Positions 27,865 through 37,773 are shown, counted from the stretch's first letter. The stretch: 45,435 nucleotides of DNA from Candidatus Micrarchaeota archaeon (GCA_021801765.1 JAJYXO010000029.1:1-45435), one strand, 5' to 3'. Made by a program: numbers and translations. The notes: generated by a model not told the origin, from the letters alone.

Positions 27865-28908
27865 ATGAGATATCTGCTCACCTGTACTAGATGCTCCTCT
27901 AAATACCCTAAATCATACAACAGCCAGCTATGCAGATGCGGTGGAATACTTGAGGTCAGGTACAAAAAGGTAAAACTTCCGGAGAAAGGCGAGGAGTTCT
28001 GGGATTTCGAAGGGGCTCTTCCTGATGGCAAATACCTGAAATACGAGCTAGGCGGCACCAAGCTTATAGAAGCCATGGAGAAAGGCCTCTATCTAAAACT
28101 TGAAACCGGCAACCCTACCTGCTCATTTAAGGACAGGGGATCTGCGATAGAGGTGGCGAAGGCTGCAGAGTACGGATACAGGGAGGTAGTTTGTGCATCT
28201 ACGGGAAACATGGCATATTCAATAGCATACTACGCGAGGCTCTATAATCTGCATGCTAAAGTCTTCATAAGCAAGGGGGCAAATAGAGACAAGCTCGCAA
28301 ACATACTTAGCACACATCGCGCTGAACTAATGATTGTTAATGGCGATTTCACCAAGGCGCAGGCTCTCGCGGAGCTATACGCAGAAAAACATGCGGCATT
28401 CCTTGCTGGCGACTATTGCTACAGGAAGGAGGGCCAGAAGACTGTCTGCCATGAAATCTTGGCCAAGCTTCCCGAGGTTAAGAACATCATAGTGCCTGTG
28501 GGAAACGCAACGCTCATAAGCGGCGTATTCAAGGCGCTGGCTGAGGCAAAAACGGCAGGCAGAATAAGGTCATTGCCTTATATAATAGGTGTGCAGTCCA
28601 CCAGATGCATGCCTCTGGTAAGGGCGTTTCGCAGAGGCAAAGGCATCAAATACGAGAAACCTGCGACCAAAGCCGATGCGATAGCCGTGGGCTACCCTAC
28701 CTTCGGTGAGCAGGCAATTGATGCTATAAGTAAGACAAAAGGCTCGATGGTCTCAGTCAGCGACAGCGAGATGGCAGCTGAGCAGCTCAGATTTATGGAA
28801 GACTATGGATTAGTTGCCGAACTCGCCGGCGTTGCGAGCCTTGCGGCTTTCAAAAAGTTCAAGCCCAGAGGAACAACTGTTGCAATAATAAGCGGCGGAA
28901 ACGTATAG
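27865..28908 (+). CDS. thrC: Threonine synthase-like PLP enzyme (fold type II) with N-terminal zinc ribbon
   Basis: LKLETGNPTCSFKDRG, CASTGN, EGQKT, VPVGN; N-terminal CTRC...CRCGG. Confidence 0.85.
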   Translation: MRYLLTCTRCSSKYPKSYNSQLCRCGGILEVRYKKVKLPEKGEEFWDFEGALPDGKYLKYELGGTKLIEAMEKGLYLKLETGNPTCSFKDRGSAIEVAKAAEYGYREVVCASTGNMAYSIAYYARLYNLHAKVFISKGANRDKLANILSTHRAELMIVNGDFTKAQALAELYAEKHAAFLAGDYCYRKEGQKTVCHEILAKLPEVKNIIVPVGNATLISGVFKALAEAKTAGRIRSLPYIIGVQSTRCMPLVRAFRRGKGIKYEKPATKADAIAVGYPTFGEQAIDAISKTKGSMVSVSDSEMAAEQLRFMEDYGLVAELAGVASLAAFKKFKPRGTTVAIISGGNV

Positions 28909-28966
28909 AAAATGCCATGAGAATGCAATATATATCTTTTCAAACCTTATCTCAATCGATGCCTGT

Positions 28967-30046
28967 ATGGAAGATGTAGTATACACTGCCAGAGGAACCC
29001 CAAACATAGCGCTTATAAAATACTGGGGAAAGAGGGACGAAGGCCTTATACTTCCAAAAAACTCATCCATAAGCCTAACTCTAGATGGAAACGCCGAAAC
29101 GGTAGTGGGGAAGGCATTTAAACTCTATACAACTACAAGCGTAGTCTTCTCACACAAGATAAATGCTGATTTCATTTACATAGACGGCGAACTGCAGGAC
29201 CTCAGCAACAAGGCAGTGCGCGATAGGTTTGCTATAATAGACATCTTGAGAGGAATTGCAAAAACAAACGCGCATGCGATGGTTGTAAGCAAAAACTCGT
29301 TCCCTACGGCAAGCGGCTTGGCATCAAGTGCATCCGGCATCGCTACGCTGGCATACATTGCTTCAAATGCGCTGGATCTAAAGCTTTCTGAGAGGGAGCT
29401 ATCCATACTGGCAAGGCGTGGCTCCGGCAGTGCGTGCAGGAGCATAATGGGGGGCATAGTGAAATGGGAGAAAGGAGAGGCCAAAGACGGCTCAGACTCA
29501 TTCGCAAGGCAACTATACACGCACGATTATTGGCCTGAGCTGCTGGATCTCATAGCCATAGTTTCAGAGGACAAGAAAAAGGTGGCATCAAGAGCAGGAA
29601 TGGCGCAGACGGTGGCTACAAGCGATCTATACAGAAAGCGGCTGGAGATTGTCGATGGATATGCCGCACAGCTTGAAAAGGCAATAGAGAAGAAGGATAT
29701 GGATGTTATGGCTGAAATAATAATGAAAGAAAGCAATAGCATGCATGCTGTGATGCTAGACACTTCTCCTCCTATAATGTACCTCAATGACATCTCCAGG
29801 GAGATAATAAACGCAGTGCACGAGATAAACACAGCGTCAGGAAAGAGAATATGTGCCTATACATTCGATGCAGGCCCGAGCCCGCACATAATAACAACTG
29901 AGCATGAGAAGGAGAGAATTGTGGACAGATTGCTCAAAGTGGAGGGGCTGCAAAGCCTTCTCCTCACAAAAATGGGAAAAGGGCCAGAAATGTTGCAGGA
30001 ATCCGACGCACTGATAGATAAGAGCTTTGCGCCAATGTTAAAATGA
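28967..30046 (+). CDS. mvaD: Diphospho-/phosphomevalonate decarboxylase (GHMP family)
   Basis: PNIALIKYWGK, FPTASGLASSASG, ARRGSGSACRS, YTFDAGP with the catalytic Asp. Confidence 0.92.
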   Translation: MEDVVYTARGTPNIALIKYWGKRDEGLILPKNSSISLTLDGNAETVVGKAFKLYTTTSVVFSHKINADFIYIDGELQDLSNKAVRDRFAIIDILRGIAKTNAHAMVVSKNSFPTASGLASSASGIATLAYIASNALDLKLSERELSILARRGSGSACRSIMGGIVKWEKGEAKDGSDSFARQLYTHDYWPELLDLIAIVSEDKKKVASRAGMAQTVATSDLYRKRLEIVDGYAAQLEKAIEKKDMDVMAEIIMKESNSMHAVMLDTSPPIMYLNDISREIINAVHEINTASGKRICAYTFDAGPSPHIITTEHEKERIVDRLLKVEGLQSLLLTKMGKGPEMLQESDALIDKSFAPMLK

Positions 30047-30108
30047 GCGTACGATCTCAATTAGCGCTATTTGCCGATTAGCCTGAATAGGATGCCAGCG
30101 AAACGCAA

Positions 30109-30180
30109 AGCCTCCGGCGAGGATTGAACTCGCGACCTCCTGCTTACCATGCAGGCGCTCTACCACTGAGCTACAGAGGC
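30109..30180 (-). tRNA. tRNA-Thr(GGT)
   Basis: GCCTCTGTAGCTCAGTGGTAGAGCG-CCTGC-ATGGTAA-GCAGG-AGGTCGCGAGTTCAATCCTCGCCGGAGGCT; CCA not encoded. Confidence 0.96.
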
Positions 30181-30253
30181 ACAGATAGAGTTTGCAGCCA
30201 TATTTATAAATTCCTAACTGAGGCATTTCTGCGCTGCTCTCTGCGGTGTCATA

Positions 30254-31372
30254 TTACCTTATTAGTCTTCCGTAAACCTCTCTTGTCTTGGATATCGAGA
30301 AGAGGCCAAGATTGGCTGTATTCTTGATATATTTTTCTTTATTACTGCTGTTTATTATCTCAAGGATCTTATCTGCAAGCTTTTTTTCATCCGCAACTAC
30401 GCACATCTCTCTTACCTCTTTTGGCATCTCATTGTAATTGGGAAGTACTACTGGTGTCCCCAATGCCACACTCTCAATTGCTACTATCCCCAGCCCTTCT
30501 CTCTCTGACATGTGCAGCATCGCTGCGGATCTCGCTATCTCTCTGTACAAATCCTCTTTCTTGCTGTAGAAGTGCCTAATTATCAGCGCCTTCCCTAATC
30601 CAAGCCTCTTAATATCCCTTCTTATACTTGCCTCTTCAACTCCTTCGCCTATTAATAGCCCTTTTACGCTTGGATCCTTTTTATGGGCCTCAGCGAATAT
30701 CTCCAGCCATTTGTCTACCCTTTTTTCCTTTATGAATCTGCTTGAGAATATTATTCTTCTCTCCTTCCTCTCTCCCGATTCCCTTCTTATCCTGCCTATA
30801 AGCCTATCGTCTATAACCGGAGAGAATATGCGTATGTTGCCTCTCGGAATGCCTCTTTTTTGCAGCAGCGCAGCAGTACTGCTAGATATGGCAACATATT
30901 TTGACTCTGGTTTCATTGCAAATCCAGAATACCTGTGTGCAGCCTCTCCTTTTATCTTTCCCATATATTTCTTCCAGTATTCTCTCCTCCATACTTCTGC
31001 TATGTTTATCACTAGCTTGCAGCCATTCATCCTGCAGTAGAGGCGTACTGTGGGCAGATGCAGAAAAGGAAATGCGTCAGTTATAACCGCATCGAATTTG
31101 AACCTAAAAAGGTTTATTGCAGACATTGCAAAGATGCTTGCCTCCTTTATGGATCTCCTCCCGCCCCTATAAGCTGTTTTCTCATCCATTCTTGCATATG
31201 CGTGATAATGTATTCCATTATGTACAAACTCCTTCTCCATGCCTGGCCACCTCAGTGTGAGGAAATGTACTTCGTTTGATTTTGCAAGCTCGGCTGCCTC
31301 GTTCATCATCAACTGCTCTATGCCTCCCTTGTGCCATGGATAAGGCATGTCATAGAGAAATCCTATCTTCAT
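30254..31372 (-). CDS. Glycosyltransferase family 4 (GT-B)
   Basis: MKIGFLYD.PYPWHKGGIE, SRFIKEKRVD, SEREGLGIVAIESVALGTPVV. Confidence 0.9.
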   Translation of the reverse strand: MKIGFLYDMPYPWHKGGIEQLMMNEAAELAKSNEVHFLTLRWPGMEKEFVHNGIHYHAYARMDEKTAYRGGRRSIKEASIFAMSAINLFRFKFDAVITDAFPFLHLPTVRLYCRMNGCKLVINIAEVWRREYWKKYMGKIKGEAAHRYSGFAMKPESKYVAISSSTAALLQKRGIPRGNIRIFSPVIDDRLIGRIRRESGERKERRIIFSSRFIKEKRVDKWLEIFAEAHKKDPSVKGLLIGEGVEEASIRRDIKRLGLGKALIIRHFYSKKEDLYREIARSAAMLHMSEREGLGIVAIESVALGTPVVLPNYNEMPKEVREMCVVADEKKLADKILEIINSSNKEKYIKNTANLGLFSISKTREVYGRLIR

Positions 31373-31424
31373 AAAATGATTTACGCCATAGGACATTATA
31401 AAGATGTAAGGAAGGAACTAGGGG

Positions 31425-32204
31425 TCACCCGCTCTTACTCTTGTACGGGTCGTATTTACGATTTTCTACAAGAATCATTACCCCCTCAACCTTACTCAGA
31501 TAGCTCTCTGTGCTCTCCCTAGTGAAGTATCCTGCCTCTCTCATTCTTTCCACTATCTGCCTTGGATCGATCATGCCTGCAGCTCCAGCTTTCATCATCA
31601 CATGCACATATGCGTCTCCGAATTCCGCCAGGCTGCTGAACCTCTTGAGCACAAATGCCCTCCCTTGTCCTCCTTCATACCCCAGATTTGCGAGATTGTT
31701 GAATTCTATATTCCTATTACTATCTGTAGATAGCTTCCCTATCTCCATAAGCCAGTCTGAAATTACGAATTTGAATGGTATATTAAGTCTTTCTGAAACA
31801 ACTCTGGCCTCCTTTATTACCTCTTCAAGATATGCCTTGCTAAGCATGGGTGATGGGCTCTTTCCCTCGTACTTCAAATCCACCAATATATTTGCATACA
31901 TTCCAGAGGCAAGCTTCTCATTGCGTAGCCCAGCATCGGAAGGCGCATCTTTCCTCAAGGCTTTCTCCAGGGCAGCAGGAGCTATCCTTTCAATTGCAGC
32001 TTGTTTCACCTTCGGCGCCGCGTGCTCCCTAATCCGTGGCGCTATATGTGTATTCACCATATCCGCACTTAGTATTATGCCTGCGATTATCGCTGCATTT
32101 CTTGCTGCCTTATAAGGATTAAACCTCCTACCTCTGAGAGCTGCTGAGGTATATTGCATCATGGCATTACTGGCTCTGATCTCTCTGTTTGCAATTCTCT
32201 CCAT
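31425..32204 (-). CDS. Membrane-anchored GH73/FlgJ-like glucosaminidase (lysozyme-like fold)
   Basis: N-terminal basic stretch plus hydrophobic helix; C-terminal IPFKFVISDWLMEIG...NNLANL...KRFSSLAEFGDAY...MREAGYFT...YLSKV parallels the GH73 pattern (A.QA.LESG..NN.FGI..F.S....GYATD..Y). Confidence 0.62.
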   Translation of the reverse strand: MERIANREIRASNAMMQYTSAALRGRRFNPYKAARNAAIIAGIILSADMVNTHIAPRIREHAAPKVKQAAIERIAPAALEKALRKDAPSDAGLRNEKLASGMYANILVDLKYEGKSPSPMLSKAYLEEVIKEARVVSERLNIPFKFVISDWLMEIGKLSTDSNRNIEFNNLANLGYEGGQGRAFVLKRFSSLAEFGDAYVHVMMKAGAAGMIDPRQIVERMREAGYFTRESTESYLSKVEGVMILVENRKYDPYKSKSG

Positions 32205-32382
32205 AGGGTAACCTGCAGAAATTGATAGGGTTGTATCTATTCTCTTGTTTCTGGTATTTAAATATTGACCTTTGCTAGTTCTGCAGTCAAGGGCCGAATT
32301 AAACTACAAAGCTCCTTTACTGCGTTTCAGAAATCAAGAACTGCCATGGCTAACAAATAACGCCAACCAAACCTGTAATGCA

Positions 32383-32733
32383 TTACCTCACAAGGAAATT
32401 TGCCAGTATAGATCTCACTACTCTGTTGCCATTCCGTGAAACTATGCCTCTCCTCAGCTTTTCCCTTGATCTTGGCCTCATCGCACTGTAGCAAGATGTA
32501 CAGAGGTATCTCCTCTGAAGTATGCCAGAGCTTACATACATGTCCCTATCAAGTACGTATCTCGGCGGCATCACTCTCACATCCTTTTTTCCAAAAGGCT
32601 TGCTGCAGTTTAGGCAACTGTTCTCAATCTCCTTCAGCACGCCCCCCGCGTCTCCGTCTTTCTCAGAGGTAGCCGCTTTTCCTGCGAAAGAACGCAGGTC
32701 AGCGGCTGCCTCAGGTACCCCACCATCTTCCAT
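32383..32733 (-). CDS. Hypothetical zinc-finger protein
   Basis: CLNC ... CTSC pairs, basic C-terminus; start uncertain (32733 or 32745). Confidence 0.6.
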   Translation of the reverse strand: MEDGGVPEAAADLRSFAGKAATSEKDGDAGGVLKEIENSCLNCSKPFGKKDVRVMPPRYVLDRDMYVSSGILQRRYLCTSCYSAMRPRSREKLRRGIVSRNGNRVVRSILANFLVR

Positions 32734-32921
32734 CACACAATCCACCCCGATATAGTAAGCTGCATATTACCTATTTAAATCTTTTCTTTTATTGATTGTA
32801 ATAATTCTAATAATAGCATTGTAAAAGGCATAAATGTAGCATTTTGATACATATTCATCAAATTTTTATGAAAAAATAACATAATTTTGAAAATTACTTT
32901 CAGAGAATTTGGAAGAATTGA

Positions 32922-33028
32922 AGCCCCAGATGGGAATTGAACCCACGACCCCTTGTTTTCCAGGTTTTAGTTAAACTTTGGTTCAAAGTCCTTACGAGAC
33001 AAGTGCTCTACCACTGAGCTACTGGGGC
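32922..33028 (-). tRNA. tRNA-Thr(CGT) with 35-nt canonical (37/38) intron at 32958-32992
   Basis: Exon 1 GCCCCAGTAGCTCAGTGGTAGAGCACTTGTCTCGTA; exon 2 AACAAGGGGTCGTGGGTTCAATTCCCATCTGGGGCT; spliced length 72 nt. Confidence 0.93.
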
Positions 33029-33099
33029 AACATAAGATATTTACTGGAAAGAAATATAGGTCTTCTTCGAGCGCACTCGGCATCATATGACTGAATGTA

Positions 33100-33564
33100 T
33101 TAAAACTGAGAAGCCACTTCAAATTCACTAATCCTCGTCACACAGTATGTGCACTCTATAATCATGGGACTTGAGGAGAGGACCCTGAACTCGCTCTCCG
33201 CTTCCGAATCGTTGTTGCTTATGCACCTTGTATATGTACACCTTATTGCGCCTTTTATGGTCTTTGGCAGTGAAAGAGTGTGTTTTTCTGCAACTTTGTA
33301 TTCATCTACAATGCAGATTGTAGCTTCAGGAGCTATCAGCGCTATTAGCGATGCTTCGTCTTCTCCAACTCTCCTTCCTTCAACCTTTACCATGTCTTTC
33401 CTGCCAAGCTTCCTGCTCTCAGCGTTAACCAGTATTGCAACCTTGGCACTTCCTACTCCCTTTTTCCCCAGTATTGCCAGCGCCTTAAGCCCCTTACCTG
33501 CCGGAATGTGATCTATAACTGTGCCATTCCTCATCTTGCTCACGAAGAGCTTACCTTCCTCCAT
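33100..33564 (-). CDS. pyrI: Aspartate carbamoyltransferase regulatory subunit
   Basis: NGTVIDHIPAG, KDMVKVE, IAPEAT, C-x4-C..CTYC zinc site; overlaps the pyrB stop. Confidence 0.95.
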   Translation of the reverse strand: MEEGKLFVSKMRNGTVIDHIPAGKGLKALAILGKKGVGSAKVAILVNAESRKLGRKDMVKVEGRRVGEDEASLIALIAPEATICIVDEYKVAEKHTLSLPKTIKGAIRCTYTRCISNNDSEAESEFRVLSSSPMIIECTYCVTRISEFEVASQF

Positions 33565-34456
33565 CAAACATCCTCTTAAGTATGGCCATCCTGACAGGAA
33601 CGCCGTTGTTAGCCTCTTCGAAGTACATGGCTTTCTTGCTCCTGTCCACCCTCCTATCTATCTCATCTATCCTTGGCAATGGGTGCATCAGTATTCCTTC
33701 AGGTTTCATTCTTGCAACAAGATCCTCATTGATATAATAACTTCCTTTCGCCTTCTTATACTCTGTTTCATCAGCAAACCTCTCCTTCTGTATCCTTGTC
33801 ACATAGAGCACGTCAACCTCCTCTATCACCGAATCTATATCATAGTCAATTTTTTTGCATTTAAAACCAAGTTTATCTATCACCTCGCTTCTTGCAGCGA
33901 GCTGATCCGGAGAGCTTAGGTATACAGCCTTAGGCTTGAACTGCCCAAGGGCGTAAAGGAGGCTGTTAGTCGTCCGTGAGTATCTTAAGTCTCCCATGAG
34001 GCAATACGTCAGCCCATCTATTCTACCAAACGACTCAACTATCGTGTAAAGGTCCACTATAGATTGCGTGGGGTGCTCGTTCCTGCCATCGCCGCAGTTT
34101 ATCACAGGGTTTTTAGCTACTTCTGCAGCTAACTTCGCAGCTCCATCATACCTGTGCCTGATTGCTATGCAATCTGCATATCCGTCAAGCATCCTAATGG
34201 TATCTGAGAGCGTCTCGCCTTTTGCCATAGAAGTATCTTCCTGGCTCCTGAATCCTATCACAGAGGCCCCAAGCCTCTTTGCCGCAACATCGAAGCTCGT
34301 ATACGTCCTGGTGCTAGGCTCGAAGAATGCAAGCGCAATTACTTTCCCATCAAGAATTCCCTTCCCTGCGCTTATATCTGCCTTGAAGCTTTTCGCATCA
34401 GAGAATATCTTCTCCAGATAACTCCTGCCAAGCCCAAGGGACGAAAGAATGTCCAT
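33551..34456 (-). CDS. pyrB: Aspartate carbamoyltransferase catalytic subunit
   Basis: FFEPSTRT, KGETLSDT, EHPTQ, GDLRYSRT, YVTRIQKERF, MHPLPR. Confidence 0.98.
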   Translation of the reverse strand: MDILSSLGLGRSYLEKIFSDAKSFKADISAGKGILDGKVIALAFFEPSTRTYTSFDVAAKRLGASVIGFRSQEDTSMAKGETLSDTIRMLDGYADCIAIRHRYDGAAKLAAEVAKNPVINCGDGRNEHPTQSIVDLYTIVESFGRIDGLTYCLMGDLRYSRTTNSLLYALGQFKPKAVYLSSPDQLAARSEVIDKLGFKCKKIDYDIDSVIEEVDVLYVTRIQKERFADETEYKKAKGSYYINEDLVARMKPEGILMHPLPRIDEIDRRVDRSKKAMYFEEANNGVPVRMAILKRMFDGGR

Positions 34457-34567
34457 CTGACCCTAATATAACGGATGGCAAAATATTTATACGAATCATT
34501 TGGCTGCTCAAACGCGAGTCAACAATGCTTATATCTATTTTTATAACAGTATGGATAAGGTATATCG

Positions 34568-35623
34568 ATGGAGCGATTGCGCCCTCTGCTTAGTTTCTCT
34601 TATACTGCGTTAAAGAGCAATCTCTCAGAGCTAAGCTCTCCATACAAGCTTAACTTTGCAGTTACGCTAAAGTGCCAGTCGCGTTGCTTAACGTGCAACA
34701 TATGGCAACTAAAACCTAAAGGCGAACTCTCTATAGAAGAAATAAGGGAACTGGCTTCAAAGAACAGGTCATTCAAGTGGCTGGCCATTACTGGTGGCGA
34801 ACCATTTCTCAGGAGCGACATTACTGAAATAGTGCGCGCATTTGCAGAGGCTTCAAATCTCTACATGCTCACGCTGCCTACCAACTCTCTCTGCAACTCT
34901 GGTATAGTTCTCTCAAAGCTCAAGGAGATGCTCGAAAGAGGCGTACCACACACTGTCATCACAGTCAGCATTGATGGCAGTGAAGAGATGCATGATACGA
35001 TACGAGGCATCAAAGGAAATTATAGAAAGGCGATTTCGCTATTCGATTTAATGCATAACATGCAGGATGAATATAAAAATCTCTCAGTAGTCTTCGGGTA
35101 TACCATGAGCAGATTCAACCAAGGAAGGTTCATGGAAACCTTCGAATCTGTCAAAAACGAACTTCCCTATGTAACCTGCTCTGATTTCCACATTAACATA
35201 GCCCAGAACTCCGGCAATTACTACAGAAATGCTTTGGAACACATAGCTGTGGAACGATCTGCAGCCGAATTGGAACTTTCCAACATACTATCAATGCGTA
35301 GGAACAGAGGCATCACCGATGCCATAGAAGGAGCTTTTATAAAGGGCATGCTGTACTTCGTAAGGAATGGCAGACCGCCGTTGAGGTGCAGGAGCCTTGA
35401 CGCGTCGATCTTCATGGACAGCTTCGGAGACATTTATCCTTCTATAATGTGGGATATGAAGATCGGCAACGTTAGGGAAGCAGATTATCATATTGGACCC
35501 ATACTTCTCTCCGAAGCCGCCGCCCATGCTAAGGAAATGATTCGCAGCGGAAAAGATCCCTCGCATTGGACATCATGCGAAGCATACCAGGCTCTTATAG
35601 GGCATCTTCCTAGCCTTCTCTAA
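34568..35623 (+). CDS. Radical SAM protein with a degenerate SPASM/twitch-like C-terminus
   Basis: CQSRCLTC (CxxxCxxC), ITGGEPFLR, VSIDG..HD.IRG. Confidence 0.88.
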   Translation: MERLRPLLSFSYTALKSNLSELSSPYKLNFAVTLKCQSRCLTCNIWQLKPKGELSIEEIRELASKNRSFKWLAITGGEPFLRSDITEIVRAFAEASNLYMLTLPTNSLCNSGIVLSKLKEMLERGVPHTVITVSIDGSEEMHDTIRGIKGNYRKAISLFDLMHNMQDEYKNLSVVFGYTMSRFNQGRFMETFESVKNELPYVTCSDFHINIAQNSGNYYRNALEHIAVERSAAELELSNILSMRRNRGITDAIEGAFIKGMLYFVRNGRPPLRCRSLDASIFMDSFGDIYPSIMWDMKIGNVREADYHIGPILLSEAAAHAKEMIRSGKDPSHWTSCEAYQALIGHLPSLL

Positions 35624-35630
35624 ATCCCTT

Positions 35631-37193
35631 TTACGTATTATTCTTTCCGACAGAGTACTCATAGACATTATACCAATAGAAATTATCTCCCCAATTGCTG
35701 AAGAGCGTGTAGTTTCTCAACCAACTCTCCATAACCGGCGAATAAACGAGCGAGAGAGAACAGCTCTTATACCCTGTCACGTTCCCCACAATGAATGAGC
35801 CATTACTCAGATCCATGGAGTTTATAGTTTCGCATCCTATCGACCCGAAAGGGTACCCCTGCGCCATTTCCGGCACATGCCTTGAATCTACATAATAGCT
35901 AAGCGGAACTGCGTATGGCATGTACACCTTCGCTCCCGCATGCTGCGAATTGATATAGCTGCCTATCTGCATCAAAGGCTCTGTAGCGCTGAGTTGTGAA
36001 TAATCTATGTACCTTGCATCAGCAATTGCAGATATCACCAAAAGAAACCCTATCGCTGCTGAGGCAGTTTGTATTGCCATCTTTTTAGGAGCCTTCATTC
36101 TCCCTGCCCTCCTGATAACCTCTGCAAGCGCTATTCCAACAATGAGTGTAATAGGAGGTATAAACATAAGCGCGTACCTTGGGCCTATGTAAAGCACAGG
36201 TATATACTTCTCAAAACTTATGCTTCCAAACCCTAAGTAAAGAATAGAGATCAGCAGCCAATATGCCAGTATAGTTCCTTTCCTGAACCTGATTGCAGCT
36301 AGATATGCGCCTGCTACAACAACAGCATAGCCAAAGTAACCAAACGCAAGGCTGCCAAGGGTAACAGGGTCTGTTTTCCAGTTAAGGAAGAGATCCTTAA
36401 TATAAGAGCCCATGGCCGGCTGCGTCCCTGAGAAGTACATGTTGTAATTCTGCGAATATACGCTCATCACAAAGGACGGACTTCCTCCTTCGTAGATACC
36501 TATAACTATTACTACTGCAAGCGCAGCGCAAATCCCCACCGCATAAAAGCAGAAACCTATAGAAAGGCGCCTCCTTCTCTTATATATTACCAATGAGAGT
36601 AGGTAAGCGGAGAGGAATAGGATCCCTATCGCTGCTTCGGAGACTGAAAGTAAATTTATGGCGACCACAAAGCCTGACATAAATAGATATCTATTCATAT
36701 CCTTCTCCCTTTTCAGCGCAAGAATAGCAAGCATAACTCCCAATGATACGAGCATCATCATAGGTATGTCATCTCCTACATTAGAGCTCTGGGAGAGAAC
36801 TAACGGCATTACCGAGTAAAAGAGCCCCGAGATCACTCCAGCAGCCTTCCCGTGCAGCTCCCTTCCGATAATATAAATAATTACTATGGTGGCTGAGAAG
36901 CAGAATATCCCGAAGAGCGCTGCAGAAAGCAACCCTTCTCCGAAGAGAAGAAAAAAGAAAGCTACCCCTGCAAAGATTAGATAGTTTGTGCAGTCTACTA
37001 TCGTGCACCCGATCTGCTTTACCTGCCCGTGCGCCAGAAGGCCTGCTTGTGAGAAGTAAATGTAGTTATCTGATCCATTTATCCAACTAGGCCCGTAGAA
37101 ATACGCTATGTTATTAAAAATGCCTAAGGCTATGATGGCTGCAATTGCAACGAGATGCCAATTCTCGCGCAGCCAGATGTGCCTTCTCTGCAT
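35631..37193 (-). CDS. GT-C (family 39/ArnT/PMT-like) polytopic membrane glycosyltransferase
   Basis: N-terminal TM then DNYIY loop; IYIIGRELHGKAAGVISGL, DDIPM, PRYALMFIPP; about 11-12 TM helices. Confidence 0.8.
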   Translation of the reverse strand: MQRRHIWLRENWHLVAIAAIIALGIFNNIAYFYGPSWINGSDNYIYFSQAGLLAHGQVKQIGCTIVDCTNYLIFAGVAFFFLLFGEGLLSAALFGIFCFSATIVIIYIIGRELHGKAAGVISGLFYSVMPLVLSQSSNVGDDIPMMMLVSLGVMLAILALKREKDMNRYLFMSGFVVAINLLSVSEAAIGILFLSAYLLSLVIYKRRRRLSIGFCFYAVGICAALAVVIVIGIYEGGSPSFVMSVYSQNYNMYFSGTQPAMGSYIKDLFLNWKTDPVTLGSLAFGYFGYAVVVAGAYLAAIRFRKGTILAYWLLISILYLGFGSISFEKYIPVLYIGPRYALMFIPPITLIVGIALAEVIRRAGRMKAPKKMAIQTASAAIGFLLVISAIADARYIDYSQLSATEPLMQIGSYINSQHAGAKVYMPYAVPLSYYVDSRHVPEMAQGYPFGSIGCETINSMDLSNGSFIVGNVTGYKSCSLSLVYSPVMESWLRNYTLFSNWGDNFYWYNVYEYSVGKNNT

Positions 37194-37718
37194 CTATGAC
37201 ACACCAAAAGTCGTATTCGTCCAGAGCTCTAGTTCCATATCTGCCTGCCTGCCGTCTATGCTAACAGGCTCGTTGATAACCTGTATGGCAAGCGCATTGT
37301 ACCTGGACGGGTTCCTCCCTATAGTAATGTTAATGCCGCTTCCGCTTATCTCTAGGAAGTAGTCGTATCCGACTCCCATTGCAGGCTTTGTTTCCTGATA
37401 ATCATAGTTTGACATTGCAGCAAGAGAGAGGACCTTTCCTGCATCAATGCCCCCTTGCCCGCCAAGGCCTATGGTTATGTTGCTCCATGTCACCGTGTTG
37501 CTTACATTCAGATCAGAATCCCAGTTTGCCGGACTACCCTGCTGCAGCATTCTTCCAGCAAGGGCCTGTAGCTGTGATTGCATGTTTCCCATGCTATTGC
37601 TATATGCGATGGAGAACTGGCCGCTGACACTAAGCCAGACGTATGTGATGATAATCATTGCAGCTATGAAGATGATCATTGCAAAAATTATGTCGAAAGA
37701 CCAGAATTGCGCCTTCAT
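37194..37718 (-). CDS. Class III signal-peptide (pilin-like) surface protein
   Basis: MKAQFWSFDIIFAMIIFI leader; GSPANW motif; directly abuts the GT-C gene. Confidence 0.8.
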   Translation of the reverse strand: MKAQFWSFDIIFAMIIFIAAMIIITYVWLSVSGQFSIAYSNSMGNMQSQLQALAGRMLQQGSPANWDSDLNVSNTVTWSNITIGLGGQGGIDAGKVLSLAAMSNYDYQETKPAMGVGYDYFLEISGSGINITIGRNPSRYNALAIQVINEPVSIDGRQADMELELWTNTTFGVS

Positions 37719-37773
37719 CCCATCGTATGGCTTTAAATCTTAGACTTTAAATTCTTTAGCGTGAGAAGAGAAT

